64,000 nt of DNA from Macrostomum lignano (Eukaryota). Of the stretch, positions 19,529 to 55,070 are shown piece by piece; the first letter of the stretch is position 1; every line of letters begins with the position of its first letter. Location of the stretch: NCBI GenBank assembly GCA_002269645.1, contig NIVC01000826.1, positions 1-64,000 of the forward strand, written 5' to 3'. Under the pieces are notes generated by a model. That model ran no database searches. It had not been told where the DNA came from and saw only the letters and a list, made by a program, of their open reading frames with translations. A program made the position numbers and the translations under genes.

Positions 19529-19719
19529 ACCTCTGGCGGTACTGAGAGCTCTATCGATATTAACATCATCGTTTGTACTTGTAGCCTCATTAACTTAGTC
19601 TGATATTTTCAGCGATTCACTAAAAAGTATTTTGTAAGTTTCCACTCCTGTTTGCAAAGGCGGTCTTTTATTTACCCGGTTTTGTAGTGCGCTTTCTGTC
19701 GCGACTAGAGTGAATCAAT

Positions 19720-20095
19720 GTTTACCAGCCCGAATCTTTACCAGCCCGAATCTTTACCAGCCCGAATCTTCACCAGCCCGAATCTTTACCAGCCCGAATC
19801 TTCACCAGCCCGAATCTTCACCAGCCCGAATCTTCACCAGCCCGAATATTCACCAACCCGAATCTTTACCAGACCGAATCTTTACCAACCTGAACCTTCA
19901 CCAGCCCGAATCTTCGCCAGCCCGAATCTTTACCAGCCCGAATCTTCACCAGCCCGAATCTTCACCAGCCCGAATCTTCACCGACCCGAATCTTCACCAA
20001 CCCGAATCTTTACCAGCCCGAATCTTCACCAGCCCGAATCTTTACCAACCTGAATCTTCACCAGCCCGAATCTTCATCAACCAACCCGAATATTC
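19720..20095. repeat. 16-bp minisatellite (CCAGCCCGAATCTTYA)
   Basis: Tandem units visible directly. Confidence 0.95.
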
Positions 20096-20689
20096 ACGGA
20101 CCGTAATGCTCATAGACAGAATAATTAGCATGTATTCAAAATTTTTGCAACAGATTTTTAAAAAAACTCTATCTTAGTTTTAAATTTCATTGATTTCATA
20201 GTTTTTTAATTTCAGTGCCTTTAATTTTGTCGATTGATTAGTTGAAGCTTCCAAGCTGCAGTGCAATTATTAATAAATTTATCAGATTCACATGAATGTC
20301 ACTCAATATTTCTATCTCCAAGCATTAGTGTATTTTCCAAGCCAAATAAAATCATTGCTCAATCCGACTGCTGCCATTTTTTTCGCAGTTATTTACCTGA
20401 AAAAAAAGATTGCCAATAAACTGCTTTCCTATGATGCTGCAGATTTCCTGTTTAATGAGACTGTAAATAAATTAAATTCTGTAGTTTATTATGTGTTTTG
20501 CTTAAGTTTTGTTTGAATTTTTTCGTCTTGCTATTACGATGGCAGCATTGTGTCCCTGTTCACCTACCGCAGCTGTCAATAACTTCACACTTCAGCTCTC
20601 GCACTTGCCGACAGGCGACGGTCACCCCAACTATAACAAAATAATAATAAGAAAAAGCGCGCCAATTCAAACTGAGTGAATTCTCCAGC

Positions 20690-42457
<21,768 letters not shown>

Positions 42458-43149
42458 GACCGGCTTAGGAGGCTTCAAAAGGTCGAACAGTGTCGCTGCT
42501 CAATGAAGATTTTTTAACCTGTCAGTCACTTTGCCAAGCCCAGGACACCACTTGGCACCAGGCGGGGCCAACGGGAGCGGCCTGATTCATTTTTAGCGAG
42601 TGATTTTATTTACAGTTCGGTAAATTATTCCATTAATCCATTTAATCTGTTATTTATGCCCTTGAATGCTTTGATTTTGTCGGGTATTAAGTAAGACAGT
42701 TTCTAATTTTTTTCCATTATTTTCACTATCGTTTTCACCTGGAGCACTTTTGTATTATTAGGCCAATTATCTACACTTATTATCGATTAATTAATTCACT
42801 CATTAGTGTAATCGCCAAAGGCTGTGTCACTTTTTTGTTTCTGTTCAAAAAATACTTTCCGGGTTTGTACAACAAATTGTTTTTATGCGTGTATATTTGC
42901 TGCCTCAGTTGTTGACACATTCCAATGCTATTTTATGCTATATACTACTGATGCTCCATCAGTAAGTAGCTCGAGATGTCTGGTCGAATTCATTTTTTGC
43001 CTTGACTATTTCTAAATAGTTTGACTTGTTTATCCGCTCTGACCCTAATCACGCTACTTATTGGGACTGCTAGTAGTAGCAAGCTAGTATGCTAATACAT
43101 TTTTATTGTGTTGTGAAGGAAAGTTGATGAAGGTCAAATAAGGTCATTT

Positions 43150-43215
43150 CTCACATTTGGCTGCGTGGGGAATCGAACCCCGGAGCTTGCATTCGGGATG
43201 AGGGTGCAGGCTGCT
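43150..43215 (-). mobile_element. tRNA-derived SINE head fragment
   Basis: B-box GGTTCGATTCC on the minus strand; no complete cloverleaf. Confidence 0.4.
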
Positions 43216-43910
43216 AGACTTGAGCCAGTATTTGCTTTCAGAAATTGCAGTTCTAAAAAAACATTTTTTTCGCAACAACAAACTTATTAACTGTGCTTCT
43301 CATTCAACTTTTCTTGTCTGCTGCTTTCACAAACTTTGTTTGCCCCCTTTTTTCCTGATTTGTTTTAAATCGGCCTGCCGCCGGCAACTTTTTAGCATTC
43401 CGAAACCAGGCGCTGTGAAGAATACACAGGTTGGATTCCAGCCAAGACTGCTGCAACATTCTTCTTTTTAAGTTTGATTCGGTCGCCAAGTTCGACTTTG
43501 CAATTTTATTGCACTGTATCTCTGTTGTATTGACTACTTCTGTGACTTGCCCTTGTACACTCTCTGAGCCTTGGGGGGGGGGCTGGGGGGATTGCTTTGC
43601 AGCGCAGGAGGGCGTTAACTTTAAAATGGCAGCCATAGTCTATGGCCAAAACTGCTGACTAACTCTGCAGGAACGGATTTGCTCTGCTTATTTTCACTAT
43701 TCTCTGTGGGACTTCGCCTGCGGAGGAACCGGGTTGGGTTTCCGCGGGGTTAGCGCTTTGCCAAGATAAGTGGTGACTATGGCGCTAAAATGAGTGCCTA
43801 TGGCGCCAAAATGATGGCGCTAAAATGAGTGAATCTGCCAAATTAAGTCCGGGCCACTCCCCTGTTAAATAAATCTGTAGCTTTTATGTCGTTACGCCAG
43901 CGCATATTGT

Positions 43911-46900
43911 CTAGCATTGCCCACTTTCATCACGGCTCGTGTCTTCAGTCTTGTTTCGAGGCGCCCGAATAGCTCGGCTGTGCAGCAGCAGACGGGCCAG
44001 GGAGCCGGCCAGCACCAGCAGCTCGCTGAGGGTCAGGAAGCTGGCGCCCAGCCACACGCCCAGAGCTCCGCCGAAATCACTGAGCAAGTCGTGGATTTCA
44101 AATTTTCGTGACACAGAATAGTGCAGCATGGTGTCGGACTGGTACTGGATGAACACCTGTGGTTGCGTGCATGGAGGAGTGCAGGCTAGTCGTGCAATTT
44201 CAAGCTGAGCTACATTCAACATAATTTTGATGGGACCGCGGGTTTTCCATGGATTTTCCATGGAGTTAATCTTCAATTTCTGGTTCACAGTACAAATTGA
44301 AATTGAACGTGGGGGGTTCACTAGGCCGAAATTTCACATTGCCGAAAACGCTAGCACGCTCTTTCATAAGTTTCGGCCTAGTGAAAGAGGCTGCTAAAAT
44401 GTTTTTTTCGGCAATGTGAAGTTTCGGCAATGTGAAGTTTCGGCCTAGTGAAGTTTCGGCCTAGTGAAGTTTCGGCATAGTGAAGTTTCGGCATAGTGAA
44501 AGCGCCCCATTCGAACTAATAAAGTTGCCATGCAACTTTTTTTCTACTGCTCACGATATCTGCTCCATCAATAGCTGCATTCAGTCCTTTGCAGGACTGT
44601 GGGAACTCTGGCACAACGCCCTCTCGGCAACATGGTTCCACAACCAGCGCCGAGGCAATTCTGCCCATTCCGTTGACTTCTGAGCACAAACATGTACAAG
44701 CGTGCCTACACTGTACACGCAGGCACAGCACTCGTACAGCGGCCCAGATTCTGTAATCCTCCGGCTTGTACACTCTCTGTGCCTTGGGGGTTGGCCGCCA
44801 GCAACTCACCCGCATCAGGTACCAGGTGTCCGTCTCGTTATTGAGCTCGCTGTCCGGATAGGCATCTGCAATTTCGGAAGTCTCGTTAGCCATGGCCCTC
44901 CTGAAGGCATTCAGCGTTCTCCTCAGGTTGCCGGCAGTTTTGATCTCAGACGAGTAGTTCCTTCTGCCGACCGCGGAAAGGAAGGGCCAGCTGTAGCTGT
45001 CCGCCTCCACTGTGCGCTTGAAGCGGACGCAGGCCTCCTGAGGGCAGCTGCTGATTTTCGAACCGTTGCAGACGATGCTTCGCTTCATCCGGTTGCTAAG
45101 GCGGTGTTGAAGCTCGAGAGCGGACGCGAACTCAGAGTCCGGCGGCAGGTCCTCATCGAAGCTGCTGCAGTCTCGAAACTTTTTAGCCAACTTGGTGAAC
45201 ACGATGGTGCCCGAGTGGTAGCAGTTCAGGTCGGCCGTGATTTTCTTCGCACAAATTTTTGCCTGACAGTTCGACCGGCTGTAGTTGATGGGGAAGTTGC
45301 TGAGAACGTCCTCCACCTGATAGATGGTGTCCGTGACGCAGTCGCTCGGGTCGGAATTCTCGTACATCACCTGAGAGACCTGCGGTCGGGGCATATCGCG
45401 GTTATAGAGGCTTGGGTGATTTCAGAGTTCATCTACTGATGCGTGTAAGTAGACAGTGTCGAGTGTGGCACGAAAAGCCTGCATGGCGAGTAAAGAAATG
45501 TCGCCATGCGAGAGGGCAGAGTACAAGTAGAAAGGTGGACTCTAGCCTTGGGCCTGCGGGCCACATGCATGTACCGCCTACGAAGACGAAGCCTCTCCAT
45601 CCGGCCCTTGAGTCCTTCGAAACTTGACAATGGCAATCTGGCCCGCTCAAAGTTTGTGTCTCTTCTCAGCTCTTTTCTCCTCTGGTCTCCTCTCTCCTCC
45701 CTTCTCTCCTCTTTCCTTTCTCTCTTCTCCCTTCTCTCCTCTCTCCTCTCTTCCTTTCCCCATCTTTACTCACCTTCTCTTTCTCAACTCTCATTTTTTC
45801 TCCTTTTCTCCCGTCTCTCCTCTTCCCTCTTCAATTTCATTCTACCTCTCCTCTCGTCTTACCCTCACCCCTCCTTTTCCTGCCTTTCGTCCTTGAGCCC
45901 TGAGTTTCACCAAAATTGAAGAGACGGACGACCTGCAGCAGCCAGCAAGGGAGGCAAGCATTCGTGCCCATTTCCCTGGCCCCTGAGCATGCCTTTTTGT
46001 CATAAAATTATTTCGAAGCATTTTCAATTCGTTGCCATGCTCGCTGCATGCAGGGTAGCAATCTACGCGTATATTCTTAATATGGAACTTTACGCACCTG
46101 AACATCGTAGTGCCTGCCGTGGGTGAGGTGCAGACTCTTCGTGCCCAGGGCAGTCTGCGAGTTGATGGCGTCTGTCCCGTCAACGAAGAACAGCTGCAGG
46201 GCGTCCTCGCCGCTCTCCTGCAGCAGCAGCTTCAGAGCTTGGTTTTTTGCCCAGTCAGTGTCAAAGAAGCTGCTGAACGTGTTCCCGGCCCGAGGCCGCT
46301 TGAACAGCAGCAGCTTCAGGACCTCCTGGCTGAATGGAACATTATTGAGCTGCATCCGGTGGATCACGTCCCGCAGGATCAGGCGGTAGCAGATCATCAG
46401 CCGGTTGTTAACGTCGGCCAGGTAGCTGCGAAAGTCGAAGCAGCCGCCCTCCAGCTGGTCGCCGTACGTGAATCCAACGATGACGTCCTGCAGCTGAGGT
46501 CGAATGGAAGCGGCGATCGGCAGCCGGTAGAACAGCCGCTTGAAGTGGCTGGTGTAGGACACCTGGCCCTTGTCCGCGCCGGCCTTCAGGCTCACGTTCA
46601 GGTAGCGCGCGTAGGCGGACTCCAGCTCTGCGCGCGCCGACTCGTTCAGCAGGCTCAGCCGGTAGGCCGACACCAGATCGCTGTTGCACAGCACCACGTC
46701 CGGCAGGGTTGCCGGCACGTTGACCTCCGACATGCTCATGGTGGTTGGGAAGTTCACATACTGCGACATCAGCTTGGCCAGGTGCCAGGCTGAGAAGCCG
46801 AGACAGCCGCCGATGAGCAGCAGCCAGAGAAGTCGGCCGGCGATCGACTGCGACTTCACGCACTGGCCGACCCCGTGCGTGCTGGTGCTACAGAGCCACT

Positions 46901-47187
46901 CAGCCAGCACCAGCTTGGCGCCGCGGGTCAACGACGCCTGCGGTTTCGGCGGCGGCGGCGGTGACTGCGTTTGATTGCGATAGAACTCGCCGCTTTCAGC
47001 GTCTTCGATTCTGCGGAATGAGAGATGGCGATTTCTAGGAAATGCTGTTAATTGCTTTCCACTAATTGAAATTTAGTGGCGTGTTTAGTTTAACACACTT
47101 AAGTCGTTTTTCACCAGTCTGACTAAAGCGAGTTGAGATTCAAGAGACATTACTCAGCTTTACGAGCCAATTCAATACTCACCTCAT
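43911..47187 (-). CDS. DEG/ENaC family sodium channel subunit
   Basis: Exons ~47187-47183 (tentative), 47010-46098, ~45379-44810, 44156-43911. STSTHGV...LWLLLI (HG motif, TM1), FPTT...LPDVVLCN, Cys-rich thumb, LLSDFGGALGVWLGASFLTLSE (TM2, GAS). Confidence 0.9.
44320..44490. repeat. Short foldback/MITE-like inverted repeat with internal GTGAAGTTTCGGC repeats, in an ENaC intron
   Basis: CTAGGCCGAAATTTCACATTGCCGAAA (~44322) is mirrored by TTTCGGCAATGTGAAGTTTCGGCCTAG (~44425-44451). Confidence 0.55.
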
Positions 47188-47802
47188 TGTCGGAAACAAT
47201 TTCCCCCGCAAGAGGAGCTGACTGCTTCCACAGGGTTTTTCTACCGCTTGGGCGTGAGGTGATCGTCTAAAATAAGAGCTCAACTCATCGAAATCGATCT
47301 CAAAGAGAGATGCCGACTAGCAATTAGTTAGAATTTATTGGCCACCTACAGGCAACCCCCATGCGTGTCCTGTAAGCAGCAGATTGATTCTCAGTCAACT
47401 CGGACAGCCTATTTAATCTTGCAGAGCAAACCTGAGCGACTCGACATCAGTGCTACACGGATGGAGGAACTGACATTTTTATTATTTCTTATCGCGAGGA
47501 CCGAATAATCTCCAGACTGTGTTTGCTCAGCGAGGCAGAAGATCTGGAGCCAACCCTGCCAAGCACCCGAGCGCCTACATGTAGTTTCAACTGAAGCTTA
47601 TTGGCTGAATAATCCTGCTCCTCAAAAGTGCGAGCAGTGTGTGCGCCCGCGTGAGTGCAAATAAGCTCGGCTGGAATCATCAAGTTGATTTTTTGGAATG
47701 CTGCTTGCTTTATTGTTTGTCTCAGCTTCCGGGTTATCGGCTGTGTATTTGAAGTGCTCTGAAGCTCACACAGGCTCGTAGTTAATTAACCGGATATAGG
47801 CT

Positions 47803-48440
47803 CTTGCATTGGTCTCTAGACTTGATGGTGCATTGGTCTCTAGACTTGATGGTGCATTGGTCTGTAGACTTGATGGTGCATTGGTCTCTAGACTTGATGG
47901 TGCATTGGTCTCTAGACTTGATGGTGCATTGGTCTCTAGACTTGATGGTGTATTGGTCTCTAGACTTGATGGTGCATTGGTCTCTAGACTTGATGGTGCA
48001 TTGGTCTCTAGACTTGATGGTGCATTGGTCTCTAGACTTGATGGTGCATTGGTCTCTAGACTTAATGGTGCATTGGTCTCTAGACTTGATGGTGCATTGG
48101 TCTCTAGACTTGATGGTGCATTGGTCTCTAGACTTGATGGTGCATTGGTCTCTAGACTTGATGGTGCATTGGTCTCTAGATTTGATGGTGCATTGGTCTC
48201 TAGACTTGATGGTGCATTGGTCTCTAGATTTGATGGTGCATTGGTCTCTAGACTTGATGGTGCATTGGTCTCTAGATTTGATGGTGCATTGGTCTCTAGA
48301 CTTGATGGTGCATTGGTCTCTAGATTTGGACTGTCTTGGTCTCTAGACTTGGACTGCCTTGGTCTCTAGACTTGGACTGTCTTGGTCTCTAGACTTGGAC
48401 TGCCTTGGTCTCTAGACTTGGACTGCCTTGGTCTCTAGAC
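47803..48440. repeat. 24-bp minisatellite (TGCATTGGTCTCTAGACTTGATGG) decaying to shorter units
   Basis: Visible directly. Confidence 0.95.
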
Positions 48441-48516
48441 TAAGGTTTGCCTTGGGGAAGATACTTGAGAAGCAAGAAATTCTGTATGTTAGTAATCAAC
48501 CCATGCATGTTTCAGT

Positions 48517-49007
48517 TCAAACTAGCAGCATCTCGACCTCCTTCAGCGAGTACTCAGCGCCGTACGGCCGGGACCAGATGACGCCCTGGCCCTTGCCAGG
48601 CACGGCAGATGATGTCTGATAAGCTCCGTTTAGGTGGCCATCCGGGCAGCCAGCAAACCACCAAGCGCCTTTGGCATCTCTAGCGCAGTCTTCCTCCGTA
48701 TCTCCCGATGCGTCATCTCTGGCGGAGAACCTTTTGCCGTTGAATTGAGCCAGGTCGTCACCGACACCGGAGCTTCCGGAGAAACCAGAGATGAACAGCT
48801 TGAAATCGTTGTCTTCGGTGTCAACTGAGAATCTGGTGTAGCGGGCAAAGCTCTCAGTGCCGTTCCACAGCTTCATCAGGATGAGTAGCTGCCGTTCAGG
48901 ACCGGATGTTAAATCGCGAATAGTTCTCAGGCCTGCCATTGATAAAATATGAGACGTATGAGACAGGCAAACAGACAGACAGATAGACAGACAGACAGAC
49001 AGGCAGG

Positions 49008-49048
<41 letters not shown>

Positions 49049-49800
49049 GGACAGACTGTTGTCTTTCTACAGTCTTAACAAACGAACTCACCGATCCAAA
49101 AGTTTCCATTCTCGCCTTCACCGAAGCCTTTCTTGTATCTGTGGTAGCCGACACCAAAGCTGGTCGAGTCGGAAATCCGGTGCTGGATTGTAGTCCAACA
49201 GTTCGTTTTGGCCGTCTAAATGGGAGTAGAATTGGTAATTGCGTAAGTGTTGTTGTGGGCGGTGCTGAGTGTTGTGAGCGGTGCTGAGTGTTGTGGGCGG
49301 TGCTGAGTGTTGAAGTGCCTGCTGCTGAGGGCTTGTGTGGCTGGTGCTGTTATATCGATAAGAAAAGGGATTGATATTGATTGATAGCAGCAACGCTCAT
49401 ATTTAAATTCCAGCCTAAGGACTCATGACTTTCAAAATCATGAGTTCTGCCTGTCCTTGAGTCTGCTTCCCCTCACTGACTTCTAGGCCAGACAGCACGC
49501 GCTCACCCAAACAGCCTGATTGCCTTTGTGCACATTCCGGCACTTCCTGCAGTGCGGCAGCCCCATTCGGCAGCGGTAAGTCCTGCACAGCTCGGTCTTG
49601 GCGTCGTAGGCGGCGACCTGGGCCGAGGCCGCTCGGCTGGCCAGCGTCACGCACTGGATTTCGGACGCGGCTCGTTCAGTCCGAGCCACCTCGTAGTCTT
49701 CGAGTTTGTCGAAGCTCTGCGTCCAGCTGATCGAGCCCGGTGGCTCGGGGGCCTCGCAGACGGCCGCAGCGATGCTGAGTACAGTGAGCAGTCCTAGCAT
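48517..49800 (-). CDS. Secreted fibrinogen-related protein (FReD) A: signal peptide, degenerate PAN-like domain, fibrinogen C domain
   Basis: Exons 49800-49507, 49215-49092, 48932-48517; WTTIQHR...KKGFG...NFWIG|LRTI; FSARD...C...GAWWFAGC...LNG. Confidence 0.9.
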
Positions 49801-50559
49801 GGCTTGCTGTTGGTTTCTGATCGGCCAGGCTATCGGCATTGGCAACTCTGCTTCAGGCTTTAAATAGCCGGGCCGGCTATCCAGGAAGCATCGAGGTTCC
49901 GAAGCTGGATTCCGGAACTGCGGATCGGCTCTTTCCTGTGGCAGCTCTGCCGCACATCCGTGATGAAGTCAGCAGAGAGCGCGTGTCAGGGGTTGTAGAA
50001 AATCGCAGGAATCGATCGCTCACCGGCCTCAAAGACGGTGCGCAGTTGCCGCTTCTTTGCCTTGTTGGGAGTCAAGCTGCTGGTAAGAGGTGGTAGGCTA
50101 AAAAAATGCGGCACCGCTTCCTGGTGTTTCTTCTGCCAAGCGCTTGCTAGGTACTAACAGAGGTACTTCAGCAGTAAATACTTCCTTGGTTTGGTTTTGA
50201 TAAGCAAGACAATGAAGAATTCTTGGCTTGCAAGCTCATTGCTCGCCTAGCGCTAAAGCGTTGTCTTGAATCGCAAAATTTATCTCAACAGGCCTACTTT
50301 TGCAAAAAAATTGATGTTCAGTTTTCTCGCGCTGTAATGCTGTGGTAGGCAGTTTCCTAACGTTCTGGACTGCAACTGTAAAAATTTCAAGTATGCGTTT
50401 TGTTCGAGTTTGATTCATCCTTTTAGTCAGACGAAGTTCTAAGAAAATGACACCCAAAACACCGGCAGAGTTCCAGATAGTTTTCCGTGGCTTAGATTTT
50501 GGTTCTTTCGAACAAATGGTAGCCGTGAAAGATATTGAAACGGTGCATTTTGAGCCAAG

Positions 50560-51530
50560 CAAGCACCATATCAATGATATTGCATCGTAGCTATATAGAG
50601 CCAAGCAAACACCAAATCAATGATATTGCATCGTAGCTTTATAGAGCCAAGCAAGCACCATATCAATGATATTGCATCGTAGCTTTATAGAGCCAAGCAA
50701 ACACCATATCAATGATATTGCATCGTAGCTTTATAGAGCCAAGCAAGCACCATATCAATGATATTGCATCGTAGCTTTATAGAGCCAAGCAAACACCATA
50801 TCAATGATATTGCATCGTAGCTATATATAGAGCCAAGCAAACACCATATCAATGATATTGCATCGTAGCTATATAGAGCCAAGCAAACACCATATCAATG
50901 ATGTTGCATCGTAGCTTTATAGAGCCAAGCAAACACCATATCAATGATATTGCATCGTAGCTTTATAGAGCCAAGCAAGCACCATATCAATGATATTGCA
51001 TCGTAGCTTTATAGAGCCAAGCAAACACCATATCAATGATATTGCATCGTAGCTATATATAGAGCCAAGCAAACACCATATCAATGATATTGCATCGTAG
51101 CTATATAGAGCCAAGCAAACACCATATCAATGATGTTGCATCGTAGCTATATAGAGCCAAGCAAGCACCATATCAATGATATTGCATCGTAGCTTTATAG
51201 AGCCAAGCAAACACCAAATCAATGATATTGCATCGTAGCTTTATAGAGCCAAGCAAACACCATATCAATGATATTGCATCGTAGCTTTATAGAGCCAAGC
51301 AAACACCATATCAATGATATTGCATCGTAGCTTTATAGAGCCAAGCAAACACCATATCAATGATATTGCATCGTAGCTATATAGAGCCAAGCAAACACCA
51401 TATCAATGATATTGCATCGTAGCTTTATAGAGCCAAGCAAACACCATATCAATGATATTGCATCGTAGCTATATAGAGCCAAGCAAACACCATATCAATG
51501 ATATTGCATCGTAGCTATATAGAGCCAAGT
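50560..51530. repeat. ~46-bp minisatellite (AGAGCCAAGCAAACACCATATCAATGATATTGCATCGTAGCTTTAT)
   Basis: About 21 copies. Confidence 0.95.
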
Positions 51531-51869
51531 GTTGTGAGTGAAACGTGACTAGGCTGCTTGTTGTAGTCGATAGTTGCCGAAAGCTTACAGGCGAGAATAA
51601 TAGGGATCAGTATATTTATTGAATAATTGAGCTGAGTCAGGGTGGTGGCTAAAGTCGCACCATGCACATTTGATATTGTACGCACAAGGGGTTGAGCTAG
51701 CAGAGTCACGCGACGCAGCCGCTAACAACCACCCCAACACACGCGATAGTACGAGTAGGCGCTGCCTACGCTTCTCCCCCCCCCCAAAGGAATTGAAAAA
51801 AGAAAAAAAAACTTCGAACTAAAGAAAATGGACTGTTTGCACGAAACACAGCTTGAGTTACGCCGCTTC

Positions 51870-52398
51870 GGGCAATGCGGATCAGCTATTTAACTCGTAT
51901 AGCACTTCGGAGTGTCGCGGGCCGCTCTGCGGACTGGTCGGCTGACTGGCCCGACGGTTCCATTAGAGGCCGCAGCTGGGTCACGTGCCGCATGCAAGAC
52001 TACTGGCCTCGCCGAAGGATGCAGGTATCGCCTCGAACCTCCTGCACCGTCCATATGGCGGAGTTTCGAATGGCAGCTGCGTTTTTTTGCGTGTCTGCTG
52101 CTTGCGAAGACATTCATGGCGGGAACGATGCGGTGCTCCTTTGCGGCCGTGCGCCTGTCGAACGCACTCTCTTCATCTGCTGCGTGTACCGCCGGTTCCA
52201 GTCCTTCACGGCTTCCTGGCTGACATCAGATGACTTCGGCTGTCTGCTGACTGGGATTACGTCGTTGATCGGCCTGCCCATGAGGAGCTTGGCCGGAGTC
52301 CGCCCAGTTGCTCGGTGAGGCGTTGTGCGGAATGCCAGAAGCCAGTCGTCCAGGGCCTTACTCCAGTTCTGACCTTCAGCAACAGAAGTCTTCACCAC
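51870..52398 (-). mobile_element. Ty3/Gypsy-type LTR retrotransposon integrase C-terminal remnant
   Basis: WLLAFRTTPHRATGRTPAKLLMGR motif; ORF degraded. Confidence 0.7.
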
Positions 52399-52719
52399 CT
52401 TCCCGATGCTACGGTTGACACGCTAGTAGGCGCTGCCTACACCAAGCAAACACGATATCGCATCAGTCTTTATAACCGCGACTTCTCTATTCAGCGGCCG
52501 TTTTACTTTTTCAAAGCCAAATAAGTTTATCATGTGAAGTCAATAGATTTCTGCAGTGCCTTGTGTTTCATACTTTGTCCTGGCGGAGGCACAAGATTTA
52601 GGATAATTATTCGATTCTATGTGTATTTTGATTAGGTGGAAATGTACTACTGTTAGTACTCAGAGAAGTGACCACCATTTTCAGTTAGGGTATCAAAAGT
52701 TAGTTTTGAGTGTCCCAGT

Positions 52720-53215
52720 TCAAATTAGTAGCATCTCGACCTCCTTCAGCGAGTACTCAGCGCCGTACGACCGGGACCAGATGACGCCCTGGCCCTTGCC
52801 AGGCACGGCAGATGATGTCTGATAAGCTCCGTTCGGGTGGCCGTCCGGGCAGCCTCCAAACCACCAAGCGCCGCCTGCGAACTTGGCGCAGTTTTTTTGT
52901 CCATCTCCTGATGGTCCGTCTCTGGCGGAAAAGTCTTTGTTGTCAAATTGATCGAGGTCATCAGCAACACCGGAGCTTCCGGAGAAACCGGAAACGAACA
53001 TCCTAAATTTGTTGGCTTCATCATAAATGTAGAAGCTGGCGTAGCGCGCCCAGCTCTCAGTGTTGTTCCACAGCTTCATCAGGATGAGCAGCTGCCGTGG
53101 CTGCGGACTTGAAGTCAACTCAAAAATCTTTCTCAGGCCTGTGATTCATTTGGTAAGACGATTGCGAGAATGACTTGCCTCGCAAGCGGGTGCGTACAGA
53201 TAGATAGACAAACAG

Positions 53216-53261
<46 letters not shown>

Positions 53262-53928
53262 CGATGTATTCTACAGTCTTAACAAACGAACTCACCGATC
53301 CAAAAGTTTCCATTCTCGCCTTCACCAAAGCCACTCTTGTAAGCGGCGTAGCTAGCGTTAAAGCTGGTGGAGCTGGAGGTCCGGTGCTGGATTGTAATCC
53401 AACAGTCGGTGCTAGCCGTCTGAAGTGAATCGAAGTTTTATGAAAATGCATTACTCGTACTTAGTGGCCTTCCAAAAGACGATTCGATCCAAGCTATTGA
53501 AAGGGAAGGTCGAGCAGAAAAACAACTTTACAAATCGTTTATTTTGGTCTGTAAATTGTTGCTTGTGAAAGCTGGTGATGACGAGTGTAAGGCATTAAAG
53601 TTTCGCCTGGAAGGACGCATAACCTGGTGCTCACCCAAACAGCCTGATTGCCTTTGTGCACATTCCGGCACTTCCTGCAGTGCGGCAGCCCCATTCGGCA
53701 GCGGTAAGTCCTGCACAGCTCGGTCTTGGCGTCGTAGGCGGCGACCTGGGCCGAGGCCGCTCGGCTGGCCAGCGTCACGCACTGGATTTCGGACGCGGCT
53801 CGTTCAGTCCGAGCCACCTCGTAGTCTTCGAGTTTGTCGAAGCTCTGCGTCCAGCTGATCGAGCCCGGTGGCTCGGGGGCCTCGCAGACGGCCGCAGCGA
53901 TGCTGAGCACAGTGAGCAGTCCTAGCAT
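52720..53928 (-). CDS. Secreted fibrinogen-related protein (FReD) B, tandem paralogue of A
   Basis: Exons 53928-53635, 53419-53296, 53138-52720; same intron positions and motifs as A. Confidence 0.9.
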
Positions 53929-54812
53929 GGCTTGCTGTTGGTTTCTGATCGGCCAGGCTATCGGCATTGGCAACTGTGTTTCAGGCTTTAAATAGCCGGG
54001 CCGGCTATCCAGGAAGCATCGAGGTTCCGAAGCTGGATTCCGGAACTGCGGATCGGCTCTTTCCTGTGGCAGCTCTGCCGCACATCCGTGATGAAGTCAG
54101 CAGAGAGGGCTGTGCTCTACCAGCAAGAATCTTTTTCAAACATTTTGTAAACGGAAAGAAAGCTGTGAGTTTCAGGGGCTTTAGAGAAAGGCAGGAATCA
54201 ATGGCTCACCTGGGAAGGAAGCTAACGAAATTCGGGGCATCACTTCCTACAGTGTTCCAGCTGCTAAGCTCTTGCTAGCGCTGAACCGACTTCAGCGATA
54301 AATACGAGCCAAGTAAAGCAAGAACCCTGAAGACGCCAGAGTTTTTCGCTGATAAAGGGCAAAATTCTTACATTTTTGCCGGATGTTAATGCTGCCTCAG
54401 AAGTTTGTTTTTAAAAACTTTCTTACTGGCACTGAGCCAGCCTAGCAAACTTCCAAGCTGATTTTTTACCGGTTTCTCGGAACACAGCTACGAGTAATTC
54501 CCCCGCATGATGCAGAGTATACATGTTAGCGTGTAAATGCCTTAGCAATCACAATACAGTATTTTAACAGATTAGACGCAAATCTGTGCCTAAAATGTGA
54601 CCTCGAATAATAAATAGGAAAATTTGCTTATAATCAAGTAAACATTCAAAGCTAACCTGACAGAATGGTACTGCAAAGAGGAAGAGCTTGCAAATTTTAT
54701 TCATAAATTTTCTCAAAATAACATCGTGTGTGTAAATAAATAAATTTTATTATACTTCGTTTTCATTGTCACTGTTTTTAAAGTAGGCCAGATCAGTTCT
54801 GAACTGCAGCAC

Positions 54813-55070
54813 TCAGCCGTGGTGGAAGCGGTAGTTTGAATGAGTCGGAGCCCTGCTGTTGCCAGTGATGAACCATTTTCGATCTCTCGGAACAGCATCC
54901 AAACCGTCCTCAGTCTCCGCCATAGCGTTCAACAGTTGCTCCGCGACGGACGTGTCAGCATCGTCGGCATCTAGGATTTCCGGTTCCCCCGACGGCCGGC
55001 CCTGGGTCTGGGTAGCAGCGAAGCAGGCGACAGCAAGCAGAACCAGAGCAAACTGCCTCTTGTTGTTCAT
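54813..55070 (-). CDS. Small secreted prepropeptide (predicted mature amidated 19-mer WFITGNSRAPTHSNYRFHH-NH2)
   Basis: Signal peptide (FALVLLAVACFAA), acidic pro-region, RDRK cleavage site, C-terminal Gly before the stop; TATAAATA about 85 nt upstream. Confidence 0.7.
   Translation of the reverse strand: MNNKRQFALVLLAVACFAATQTQGRPSGEPEILDADDADTSVAEQLLNAMAETEDGLDAVPRDRKWFITGNSRAPTHSNYRFHHG

Noticed and set aside
44516-44800. 3' extension of ORF 44516-45394 as ENaC coding sequence
   Set aside because: A donor at 44810 joins in phase to the exon at 44156 (YLMR|VFIQY), matching family alignment; the extension is intronic.
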